64,000 bases of DNA from Mobula birostris (taxonomy: Eukaryota), in assembly GCF_030028105.1 (NCBI RefSeq), contig NC_092385.1:81110747-81174746 (forward strand), given 5' to 3'. Below are positions 1 through 10,905 of the stretch, in pieces; the first letter of the stretch is position 1; each line of letters starts with the position of its first letter. A program made the translations under genes and the position numbers. The notes under the pieces were generated by a model. The model did no database searches and was not told where the DNA came from. It saw nothing but the letters and a program-made list of their open reading frames with translations.

Positions 1-187
1 GAAAGTGAATCTGAAGTTAGTATATAGCAACAGATATACTTTTTGATAATAAATTTTGACATTACTTTTACTTGTGCTCAAGACAGTGTTGTCAACGTGA
101 TTTTTTTTGTCTCCTACAGAGTTCATCTCTTCAATGTCATCTCTGACTATCTATCCTGGGTCCAACATATTAATGCAGTTACAAAAT

Positions 188-2934
188 TCAGGAGGGATAG
201 ACATGAAGGAAGGGGAGGTGGGGTGGCGTTGCTGATTAAAGAAGAGATTAACGCAATAGAAAGGAAGGACATAAGCCGGGAAGATGTGGAATCGATATGG
301 GTAGAGCTGCGTAACACTAAGGGGCAGAAGACGCTGGTGGGAGTTGTGTACAGGCCACCTAACAGTAGCAGTGAGGTCGGAGATGGTATTAAACAGGAAA
401 TTAGAAATGTGTGCAATAAAGGAACAGCAGTTATAATGGGTGACTTCAATCTACATGTAGATTGGGTGAACCAAATTGGTAAAGGTGCTGAGGAAGAGGA
501 TTTCTTGGAATGTATGCGGGATGGTTTTTTGAACCAACATGTCGAGGAACTGACTAGAGAGCAGGCTATTCTGGACTGGGTTTTGAGCAATGAGGAAGGG
601 TTAATTAGCAATCTTGTCGTGAGAGGCCCCTTGGGTAAGAGTGACCATAATATGGTGGAATTCTTCATTAAGATGGAGAGTGACATAGTTAATTCAGAAA
701 CAAAGGTTCTGAACTTAAAGAGGGGTAACTTTGAAGGTATGAGACGTGAATTAGCTAAGATAGACTGGCAAATGACACTTAAAGGATTGACGGTGGATAT
801 GCAATGGCAAGCATTTAAAGGTTGCATGGATGAACTGCAACAAATGTTCATCCCTGTTTGGCAAAAGAATAAATCAAGGAAGGTAGTGCACCCGTGGCTG
901 ACAAGGGAAATTAGGGATAGTATCAATTCCAAAGAAGCAGCATACGAATTAGCCAGAGAAAGTGGCTCACCTGAGGACTGGGAGAAATTCAGAGTTCAGC
1001 AGAGGAGGACAAAGGGCTTAATTAGGAAGGGGAAAAAAGATTATGAGAGAAGACTGGCAGGCAACATAAAAACGGACTGTAAAAGCTTTTATAGATATGT
1101 AAAAAGGAAAAGACTGGTAAAGACAAATGTAGGTCCCCTGCAGACAGAAACAGGTGAGTTGATTATGGGGAGCAAGGACATGGCAGACCAATTGAATAAT
1201 TACTTTGGTTCTGTCTTCACTAAGGAGGACATAAATAATCTTCCAGAAATTGTAGGGGACAGAGGGTCCAGTGAGATGGAGGAACTGAGCGAAATACATG
1301 TTAGTAGGGAAGTGGTGTTAGGTAAATTGAAGGGATTGAAGGCAGATAATTCCCCAGGGCCAGATGGTCTGCATCCCAGGGTGCTTAAGGAAGTAGCCCA
1401 AGAAATAGTGGATGCATTAGTGATAATTTTTCAAAACTCGTTAGATTCTGGACTAGTTCCTGAGGATTGGAGGGTGGCTAATGTAACTCCACTTTTTAAA
1501 AAAGGAGGGAGAGAGAAACCGGGGAATTATAGACTGGTTAGCCTAACGTCGGTGGTGGGGAAACTGCTGGAGTCAGTTATCAAGGATGTGATAACAGCAC
1601 ATTTGGAAAGCGGTGAAATGATCGGACAAAGTCAGCATGGATTTGTGAAAGGAAAATCATGTCTGACGAATCTCATAGAATTTTTTGAGGATGTAACTAG
1701 TAGAATGGATAGGGGAGAACCAGTGGATGTGGTATATTTGGATTTTCAGAAGGCTTTTGACAAGGTTCCACACAGGAGATTAGTGTGCAAACTTAAAGCA
1801 CACGGTATTGGGGGTAAGGTATTGGTGTGGGTGGAGAGTTGGTTAGCAGACAGGAAGCAAAGAGTGGGAATAAACGGGACCTTTTCAGAATGGCAGGCGG
1901 TGACTAGTGGGGTACCGCAAGGCTCAGTGCTGGGACCCCAGTTGTTTACAATATATATTAATGACTTGGATGAGGGAATTAAATGCAGCATCTCCAAGTT
2001 TGCGGATGACACGAAGCTGGGTGGCAGTGTTAGCTGTGAGGAGGATGCTAAGAGGATGCAGGGTGACTTGGATAGGTTGGGTGAGTGGGCAAATTCATGG
2101 CAGATGCAATTTAATGTGGATAAATGTGAAGTTATCCACTTTGGTGGCAAAAATAGGAAAACAGATTATTATCTGAATGGTGGCCGATTAGGAAAAGGGG
2201 AGGTGCAACGTGACCTGGGTGTTATTATACACCAGTCATTGAAAGTGGGCATGCAGGTACAGCAGGCGGTGAAAAAGGCGAATGGTATGCTGGCATTTAT
2301 AGCGAGAGTATTTGAGGACAGGAGCAGGGAGGTACTACTGCAGTTGTACAAGGCCTTGGTGAGACCGCACCTGGAGTATTGTGTGCAGTTTTGGTCCCCT
2401 AATCTGAGGAAAGACATCCTTGCCATAGAGGGAGTACAGAGAAGGTTCACCAGATTGATTCCTGGGATGGCAGGACTTTCATATGAAGAAAGAATGGATA
2501 AACTGGGCTTGTACTCGTTGGAATTTAGAAGATTGAGGGGGGATCTGATTGAAACGTATAAGATCCTAAAGGGATTGGACAGGCTAGATGCAGGAAGATT
2601 GTTCCCGATGTTGGGGAAGTCCAGAACGAGGGGTCACAGTTTGAGGATAGAGGGGAAGCCTTTTAGGACTGAGATTAGGAAAAACTTCTTCACACAGAGA
2701 GTGGTGAATCTGTGGAATTCTCTGCCACAGGAAACAGTTGAGGCCAGTTCATTGGCTATATTTAAGAGGGAGTTAGATATGGCCCTTGTGGCTACGGGGG
2801 TCAGGGGGTATGGAGGGAGGGCTGGGGCGGTGTTCTGAGTTGGATGATCAGCCATGATCATAATAAATGGCGGTGCAGGTTTGAAGGGCCGAATGGCCTA
2901 CTCCTGCACCTATTTTCTAAGTTTCTATGTTTCT
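188..2934 (+). mobile_element. Young CR1-clade LINE, 5'-truncated within the APE endonuclease; uninterrupted ORF2 remainder (EN-RT) plus 3' UTR
   Basis: ORF to the stop at 2838 has APE motifs (VVYRPP, MGDFN, SDH) and RT motifs (YLDFQKAFDKV, GVPQGSVLGP, KFADD). CR1-type (TTTCTATG)n tail at ~2915-2934. AAAAT flanks both ends (183-187, 2935-2939). Confidence 0.95.
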
Positions 2935-3334
2935 AAAATAGCTACGCCAGCAGCTATTTCATTAGGTTTGAGGAGATTTCATATGTCATCTAAAACCCGA
3001 GCAGATTTCTACAGCAGTACTTCAGACAGCATTCTGACTGGTTACATGACTGTCTGGTATGGAGGGGCCACTGCACAGAATCGGAAAAGGCTGCCGAGCT
3101 GCAGACTCATTCTGCTCCACCATGAGCACCAGCCTGCCCAGCATCAACATCTCCAAAAAGTCAGCATCCATCATTAGGGACCTCAACAGATGTCCTCTTG
3201 TCATTACTACCATCAGAGAGAAGGTATAGGAGGCTGACGACACACAATTAATGTTTTAGGAACAACTTCTTCCCCTACACCATCAGACTTCTGAACAAAC
3301 AATCAGCTCATGAAAACTACTTCACTTTTTTTTT

Positions 3335-3408
3335 AAAAAACACAAACACGAGGAAATCTGCAGATGCTGGAATTTCAAGCAACGCACAAATTTTTTTGTG
3401 TGTTGCTT
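3335..3408. mobile_element. Miniature (~75 bp) fold-back remnant of the Penelope-like element terminus
   Basis: cacaaacacgaggaaatctgcagatgctggaatttcaagcaacgcacaaa matches the terminus of the larger copies, followed by inverted tttgtgtgttgctt. cttcact flanks both sides (3320-3326, 3406-3412). Confidence 0.8.
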
Positions 3409-4170
3409 CACTATTTTTTATTCATTTGCACTACGTACTTAATATATTCTTACTGTAATTTATTTTTAATGTATCACACTGTTCTGCCTCCACAAAACAA
3501 AATTTCACAATATACCTGTGTGCCAGTGATAAAAACCCTATTCTGATTCTATATTAATGTTCTAACAACAGGTAGAAGGAGGTTTAAAAACTCTTTAACA
3601 CACTATTGAACACACAGGGATCATTCAAACAGCAGCCCATCCTCTTCAGTGTTTTGTGAATTTCAAAGTACAGCTATTTAGGGTCTGATTAGTTTAAAGT
3701 AGCAGGCAATCTGAGAGGCAATTTTTATGAACATATAACAGCGTTGGTACATTCAACACATATTCCTTACTTGAAGAAAGCTCACAATGCTTGTAACATT
3801 TGCATGAGTAATACAGTACTATAACAGGCGACAGCTGCAATCCGCTAAAGACCACTGCACTGCAAACATTGTCTGATCAGACACGAAGGATTCGTAGAAA
3901 TAGAGGTATCCGACGAGCCTGCTTTTTAAATCAACAACTGATGAGGGATGAATCCCGACGCTTACCAAATAAATACTTTGCCCTTCAAATATCACTGCTA
4001 CCATTTTAAACCAATAACTGGACATTAGATGCAGTATTACTTTTTCTGCCAAGGGTTCTGCTAATACCGGATATTAGCAGAACCAGGCCACAAGCCCCGG
4101 CGTTGCAGACACCCACTGAAGTGAATAGGTGAGGAAAGGAAGCTCTCCTCTTATCGCCCCGGCTGCTTAC

Positions 4171-4288
4171 CAAATGAGTTGAGGAAATCGGCAATCTTCT
4201 TGATGCTGCTGGTGATAACTTCGATGTACTCCCTATTTGCCCAGTCTTGGTGAATCTCTCTCTGCACCGGATCTCCCTGGCCCGCCAT
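4171..4288 (-). CDS. BRK1: BRICK1/HSPC300 (WAVE complex subunit), coding exon 1; the rest lies left of the window
   Basis: Translates [39 protein letters not shown], near-identical to the vertebrate BRK1 N-terminus. 118 nt, phase-1 donor G|GTAAGC. Confidence 0.97.
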
Positions 4289-4700
4289 CTCCCTCCAGCG
4301 CAACCCAGCTGGAACAAGCCATTTGTATTCGCGGCGCTGATTGGCTCTCCGACCGCCGGTCCTGAACGACCAACGATTCAATTGGCCCAATCTAACCCGG
4401 AAGGAGGCATTCGGCCACGATCATTGGCCAGGAAAGAGAGCTTGTCCATCAATGGAAAACCGGACAGGGCTGGGTCTCTGGTGACCAACGCGTGTGCTGG
4501 GCTGTCTGTTAAAACTGGTCAGGATAAGTAGATTAGCGAAATGACGACTCGGAGAAGAACGCAAGTAGCTGCGATGAAAGGACAAAGTCTGCATCCACCC
4601 GGAACGCCGTACTGCTCCGTCGCCGGACGGCTGCGGTGTTTCGGTGCAGTCGCTCCCGCGGCGCAGCCTGGAGAAAGGCGTGGGCCGGAACCGGCGCAGG
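4289..4700. promoter_or_regulatory. CpG-island promoter of BRK1, probably bidirectional towards FANCD2OS
   Basis: CpG-rich. CCAAT/ATTGG boxes at ~4340, ~4381-4391 and ~4424, CCGGAAG ETS-like site at ~4397, YY1-like AGATGGCG over the ATG. Confidence 0.75.
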
Positions 4701-5008
4701 GAGCTGCCGACTGCCACATTCTCGGCTGCAGGAGTCCGGGCTGAGGGACGCGCTGAAACTCGGTGCAGCCACCGCAAGGGCCTGCTGGGGACGGACCACG
4801 GTGTAGGGTTCTTCTCCCGCGGGATGAGGGAGGGAGTAGACCCCTCAACAACGGTGTGGGAAGGGGAACCAACGAAGTGCCACCTGGGTGGCCAGAAGTA
4901 GGAACATGTAGAAACTATAAGAGAAATGTATGTAAAGGATTGAGAGTCATTGGGTAGTTTATTGTAAATAATTTTATTTTTGAATAAAGTATATTTTGAA
5001 ATAAAAAG
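4697..5008 (+). mobile_element. 3' end of a Tx1-clade LINE
   Basis: 4705-4806 reads CRLPHSRLQESGLRDALKLGAATARACWGRTTV*, resembling Tx1 ORF2 C-termini. Followed by a UTR, AATAAA and an A-rich end. Confidence 0.7.
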
Positions 5009-6009
5009 TTCGTTCGTAACATAGATTTAGCAATGCAGCCTTATTTTAATTGGTTGAATCCTCCAGCAACTCTTTGAGAATGATAGATTGCTTTGAGGTA
5101 TCACAGTTCTGAAACGCTGTAACTATTGTGCATTATGATGTCATTATCAATGTATCGATTTGTTGCAACATCATCAAACACTGATACACTTACGTCTCAG
5201 GTAACTAAGCAACATAATAGAATTGTATCATGATTCACCTCAACAGAGAAATCGCAAGTCAAAATAGAAAACTGAAAAATAATTCGTATTTCTGGTATTA
5301 TTTTTCTTACACCCTGACAATCTGATCAGTGGGAGGCAAGTATTAATTTAAATTTGTTACGTCATAAAAAGTGCTCACACTGATTTGTGCTCTAATCTAA
5401 TAAAATTAGCGTCTTAAATTATTAACTTATTTTTCTACACAGACTGCCTGACTTCCTGAGTATTCTAATATATTTCATATTTTTAAAATCTGATAAAAAC
5501 CAACATGTAAAACTAAGTATGTTCATCCTAAACTGAGCCAACATTTATAAATGCAAATTAGATTAACAGGTAACTATGCCCTAATAATATAAAATGTGAT
5601 ACCCATGCCAAGGAAATGGTGATGAAGAAACAGAATATAATTAACGGTAGAGTGCAAATATTTAAAAAGTCATTAAAAAGTTGTGCAAGTGCTCATTTGG
5701 TCAAAAAGCATGTATGGAGGGACAAACAGTTGATATTTAAGGTCAATTGTTTTCAACAGATACTGGTTGAACTGCTGAGTATTTCATAGAACACTACAGT
5801 ACCGTACAGGCTGACTTAATGTACTCAAAGATCAATCTAACCCTTCCCTGCCACTTAGACTCTCTCGTGTTAGCCATTTCCACTCTGGGAAAAAGTCTCT
5901 GGCTTTCCACTCAATCTAAGCCTCATCATCTTGTACACCTCTATCAAGTTACCTCTAATCCTCCTTGGCTCCAAAGAGAAAAGCCCCAGCTCACTCAATC
6001 CATCCTCTT

Positions 6010-8830
6010 AAGACATAAGACCTTAAGGGAGAGGAACAGAATTAGGCCTTTTGGCCCAGTGAGTCTGCTCTGCTATATCATCATGGCTGATCCATTTTCC
6101 CTCTCAACCCCATTCTCTGCCTCCTCCCAGTAACCTTTTATGCTCTGAATAATCAAGAATCTATCAACCTCTGCATAAATACACCCAATGATCAGGCCTC
6201 CACAGCCCCTGTGGCAAAGAATTTCACAGGTTCACTAAAGATATTCCACCTCATCTCCATTCTACATGGACGTCCCTCTGTTCCAGGGATTCCCAACCTG
6301 GGGTCCATGGACCCCTTGCTTAATGGCATTGGTCCATGACATAAAGAAGTTTGGGAACCCCCGCTATATATGAGGCTGTGTCCTCTGGTCCTGGACTCCC
6401 CCACTATAGGAAACATCCTCTCCACATCCACTCTATCTAGGCCTTTCAACATTTGATAGGTTTCAATGAGATCCTCCACACATTTTGTCTAAATTCTAGC
6501 GAGTTCAGACACAGAGTATTCAAATGCTTCTCATATGATAACCCTTTAATTCCCAGAATCATTCTAGTGAATCTCTTCTGAACTCCTCCAATGTCAGCAT
6601 AACCTTTCTTTGATAAGGGGTCCAAAACTGCTCACAATACTCCAAGTGAGGCCTCTACAGTGCCTTATAAAGCCTCAGCATTACAGCCTTGCTTTTATAT
6701 TCAGTCCTCTCAAAATGAATGTTAACATTGTATTTGCCTTCCTCACCACAGACTCAACCTGCAAGTTAACCTTTAGAGAATCCTGCATGAAGACTCCCAA
6801 GTCCCTTTGCACCTCGAAGTTTTGAATTTTCTATCTGTTTTTGTTCCTTCTACCAAATTGCATGAACATACATTTCCGGACACTGTATTCCATCTGCCAC
6901 TTCTTTGCCCATTCTCCTAATCTGTCTTCAGTCTTTCTGCAACCTCCCTGCTTCCTCAGCACTACCTGCCCCTCCTGTAATAACATGGTATATTATCTTG
7001 TTAAGCAGCCTCATGTGCGGTACCTTATCAAAGGCTTTCTGAAAATCCAAGTACCACAGCCACTAACTCTCCTTTGTCTATCCTATAACCATATAACAAT
7101 TACAGCATGGAAACAGGCCATCTTGGCCCTTCTAGTCCGTGCCGAGCTCTTACTCTCACTCTATCCTGTTTGTTATTTCCTCAAAGAATTCCAACAGATT
7201 TGTCAGGTTAGGTTTTTCCTTCAGGAAACCATACTGACTTTTGCCTCTAAGTACCCTGAGACCTCATCCTTCATAATCAATTCCAACTTCTGAGGTCAGA
7301 CTAACTGGCCTATAATTTCCTTTCTTCTGCCCTCATCCCTCTTGAAGAGTGGAGTGATATTTGCAACTTACTAGCCCTCTGGAACCATTCCAGAATCTAG
7401 TGATTTTTAGAAGATCATTATTAATGCCTGCACAGTCTCCTCAGCTACCTCTTTCAGAATTCTGGGGTGTAGTCCATCTGGTTCAGGTGACTCATCTACC
7501 TTCTGACCTTTCAGCTAACTGAGCAACTTCTCCCAAGTGACAGCAATAGCAATTGAACTTATTTCTGCTTCTGTCACTCTCAAACTTCCACCATACTGCT
7601 AACATTTTCCACAGTGAAGACAGATGCAAAATACTTACTTAATTCATCTGCTATTTCCTTGTTCCCCCATTGCTACCTCTCCAGCTTCATTTCCCAGCAG
7701 TTAATATCAACTCTCACCTCCTTTTGACTCTTTATACAGTAAATCTGAAAAACATGTTTTGTATCCTCTTTGATATTATTGGGTAGTTTATCTTTATATT
7801 TCATCTTTTTCCTCCTTATGACTTTTTTACTTGCCTTCTGTTGGCTTATAAAATCTTTCCAATCCACCAACTTCCCACTAATCTTTGCTGTATTGTAAGC
7901 CCCCTCTCTGGCTTTTCTGTCGTTTTTGGCTTCCTTTGTCAGTCATGATTGCATCATCCTGCCTTTAGAACACTTATTCTTTGGGATGTACCTATCCTGC
8001 ATCTTCTTAAATTCTCCCAGAAACTCCAGTCCTTGCTGCTCTGCTGTCATCCCTGTTAGTATACCCTTCCAATCATCTTTGGCCAGCTCCTTTCTCATGC
8101 CCCTATAATTCTCTTTACTCCACTGTAATATTGATATATCTGCCTTTAACTTCTCCCTCTCAAATTGCAAGGTCAAGTCCATCATATTATGATCACCGTC
8201 TCCTAAGGATTCCTTTATCTTAAGCTCCTAATCAAATTTGATTCATTACACAACACCCAATCCAGAATAGCTGATCCCCCAGTACACTCAACCATAAGCT
8301 GCTCTGAAAAGCCATCTCGTAGGCATTCTACAAATTCTCTCTCTTGGGAACCTGATTTTCCCAATCTACCTGCTTATTGAAATCTCCCATGACTTGTAAA
8401 CCTTCCTGAAAGGATATTGGCCCCATTCGGATTTAGGTGTAATCTGTCCCTTTTGTACAAGTCATACCTTCCTCAGAAGAGATCCCATTGATCAAGAAGT
8501 CTGAAGCCCTGCCCTCTGCACCAGTTTCTCAGCTACATATTCATCTGCCAAATCATCCCATTTTCACTCCCACCAATGTGTGGCACAGGTAGAAATCCAG
8601 AAATTATTAGCCTGGAAGTTTTGCTTTTCAGCTTTCTACCTAGCTCCCTAAAATCTTTCTTCAGAACCTCCTCAATTTTCCCACCTATGTCATTGGTGCC
8701 AATATGTACCAAGATTTCTGGCTGCTCATCCTCCCCTTTCAGAATGCCATGTATCCAATCTGAGATGTCACTCACCCTGGCACCTGGGAGGCAACACAGC
8801 ATCTAAGTGTTTCTTTCACATCCACAGAAT
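6010..8830 (-). mobile_element. Degenerate CR1 LINE with internal deletions, including an ORF1 esterase (SGNH-like) fragment
   Basis: Minus-strand fragments DLIETYQMLKGLDRVD (ORF2 C-terminus) and CLPGARVSDI...ILVHIGTNDIG (8533-8802, CR1 ORF1 esterase). Many stops. Confidence 0.85.
6284..6363. mobile_element. ~80 bp hAT-like MITE nested in the CR1
   Basis: Imperfect terminal inverted repeats (TIRs) CAGGGATTCCCAAC / TTTGGGAACCCCCG interrupt otherwise colinear CR1 sequence. Confidence 0.55.
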
Positions 8831-8965
8831 TATCATGTCTACTCCTTTTACTGTGGGATCTCCTTCTCTCCCCCTTGCCTTCTGAACCATAGTACCAGAA
8901 ACCTGGTTGCTGCAGCTCCCTCCCGGTAGGTCTTCCCTCCCCCCCCCCCCCCAAATTTATAGGCA

Positions 8966-9264
8966 TCTGTTAGTCTTGTGAGACCATGGATTTGTGCCTT
9001 GGAAGGTTTCCAGGGTGCAGGCCTGGGAAAGGTTGTATGGAAGACCAGCAGTTGCCCATGCTGCAAGTCTCCCCTCTCCACACCACCGATGTTGTCCAGG
9101 GGAAGGGCATTAAGACCCACACAGCTTGGCACCGGTGTCATCGCAATGCAATGTGTGGTTAAGTGCCTTGCTCAAGGACACGCACGCTGCCTCAGCCAAG
9201 TCTCGAACTAGTGACCTTCAGATCACTGGATCGATGCCTTAACCACTTGGCCATGTGCCAACAC
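8966..9264 (-). mobile_element. tRNA-derived SINE with a CORE-like domain
   Basis: Minus strand: A-box TGGCCAAGTGG, B-box GTTCGAGAC, then gtgtccttgagcaaggcacttaacc (resembles the CORE domain). Confidence 0.7.
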
Positions 9265-10376
9265 AGTGAGGGGAATGGCCACAGGGGTACTCTGTACTGG
9301 CTGCCCATTTCTTTCCCCTTTCCTAACAATCACCCAGGTAGCTGCCTCCGGCTACTCCCTTTAGCTGTTGTCACTTCCTCAGTTTCCCATATGAGCTGGA
9401 GGTCATCGAGCTGCAACTGCAGTTCCTTAACATGTTCTCCCAGAAGATGCAGCTCATGCTTTCTATCACTTTCACTTTTTAATTCAAATTTCCCACATCA
9501 GCAATATTTCACATTTAGCATGATGCAATAAGAATCCGGTTTATTACCACTGACATATGTCTAGTGTAGTTTCCTGGAATATAAACTTGTGTTTTTATTA
9601 GAGGTATAGAACAGCATCCCAGCTACACCCAATCTGAAAATGTTAGCTGAAACATGGATGCTGGGAATGGATAACAATTCAGCTAGATTTTGCAAAGAGA
9701 GCAGTTTCGTGAATACTTTAGGCATAGAGCCTTATCATCACTTAATGTTCACATACATATATGTTTTCAGTTCTAATGACAGACCATCATGTTAACTGTC
9801 TCCAGAGGTGTTAACTAACCATTTTCTTTAATTCCACCATTGAGTACAGGCTGGTAAGAGAAAGGAATAATAATTTTCTTCCCCTTAAGCCTGTATTGTT
9901 GTTACAATGTCAACATTTAACACATTCGCAAATTAAGTTTGTTACTAATAGATATAGACATTATTAATAGATATAAACTTCTATAAATTATAAAAGTAAA
10001 TAGCACCAAATAAAAAGAATAACAAGCTAACATGGATAGTTCAGAAATCTGATGGAGCAGAGGAAGAATCTGTTTCTAAATTGTTGAGTGTGATTCTTCA
10101 GTCCCTATACCTCCTCACTGATAGTAAAGAGAAGAGGGCATGTCTTGGATGCTGAGGGTCCTAAATAGTGGATCCTGCCTTTTTGAGGCATGTTATATGA
10201 CTGATGTTCTATTGAGCTGAAAACAGATTTGTATTTTTTTAAACAAATGCAGAGTTTATATAAAATAAGTAATTTCAAGGGCAACTAGTGCAACTATTTG
10301 TATCAAATTATTGTATTGATGACTGACCATTGTCACCCTCTTTAAGATCCTCTCGTTGTGTACTTCATGTTTGAAG

Positions 10377-10905
10377 ATGACTTCCTATCAGCTGTGGGGT
10401 CTATGGTCTCCCTTTGATGAAAGTTTCCAGTTGGATGGATACAGTGCATGTCTTTCTGGGAAACCAGATGGAGCGGAAACAATTCAGGTAGCCTTGCCAT
10501 CGGACCAAGAAGTCGCTCTCTAGCTGCAAGATAACGTTATGACCAATGACTGGAAGCTGTTGGGCCTAAACAGATAGTATCAGTCCTGAGATGTTGTGTT
10601 ATACTCTCAAAGTCGAGCAAGACACCACCGCAGTTGTGTATAAACCTCAAGCTGTCAAACTCAACTCTGTGGATTCAGTATTCAAGTCAGCCATCACCAC
10701 TGGAGCACCAAAACTGACAAGTGTCTTCCACACTTCTGAAGGATCAGCCTTTACTGTAATCAATGCTGGTTCCCCAGCATCTACTTTAACTGCACAATAC
10801 AAAATTAATGTCATTGTGATGATCTACAGACAATTATTAAGAGTTGTCACTTTAATCTATACAGCCTACCAGAAGTGTTTTCATACCTTACAACTTCCAG
10901 TTTAA
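10377..10905 (+). pseudogene. FANCD2OS: FANCD2 opposite strand protein (C3orf24) homolog, apparently disrupted
   Basis: MTSYQLWGLWSPFDESFQ and KPQAVKLNSVDSVF...SAF...IYRQLLRVVTLIYTAYQKC match the recalled FANCD2OS N- and C-terminal blocks. In-frame TAG at 10521-10523 and a frame change near 10566-10570. Divergent from BRK1, as in mammals. Confidence 0.85.

Larger units (their letters stand above)
120..3551 (+). mobile_element. Old Rex/Babar-type LINE 3' fragment (120-187 plus 2940-3551), interrupted by the CR1 and a mini-Penelope
   Basis: Sequence reads through across the CR1 insertion. Degenerate SILTG.MTVWYG motif; tail ctattctgattct. Confidence 0.7.

Noticed and set aside
43-2838. 931-aa ORF as a host gene or autonomous element
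   Set aside because: It has a non-ATG start, and the first ~48 codons are unrelated flank read in frame by chance. The remainder is a 5'-truncated CR1 ORF2.
4006-4957. Multiple overlapping GC-rich ORFs around the BRK1 promoter
   Set aside because: These are CpG-island shadow ORFs. Only 4171-4288 (BRK1) and the Tx1 remnant resemble known proteins.
9190-9264. tRNA gene (also 42751-42822)
   Set aside because: A and B boxes are present, but each continues into a SINE body and tail, the second has a TSD, and neither forms a clean cloverleaf.
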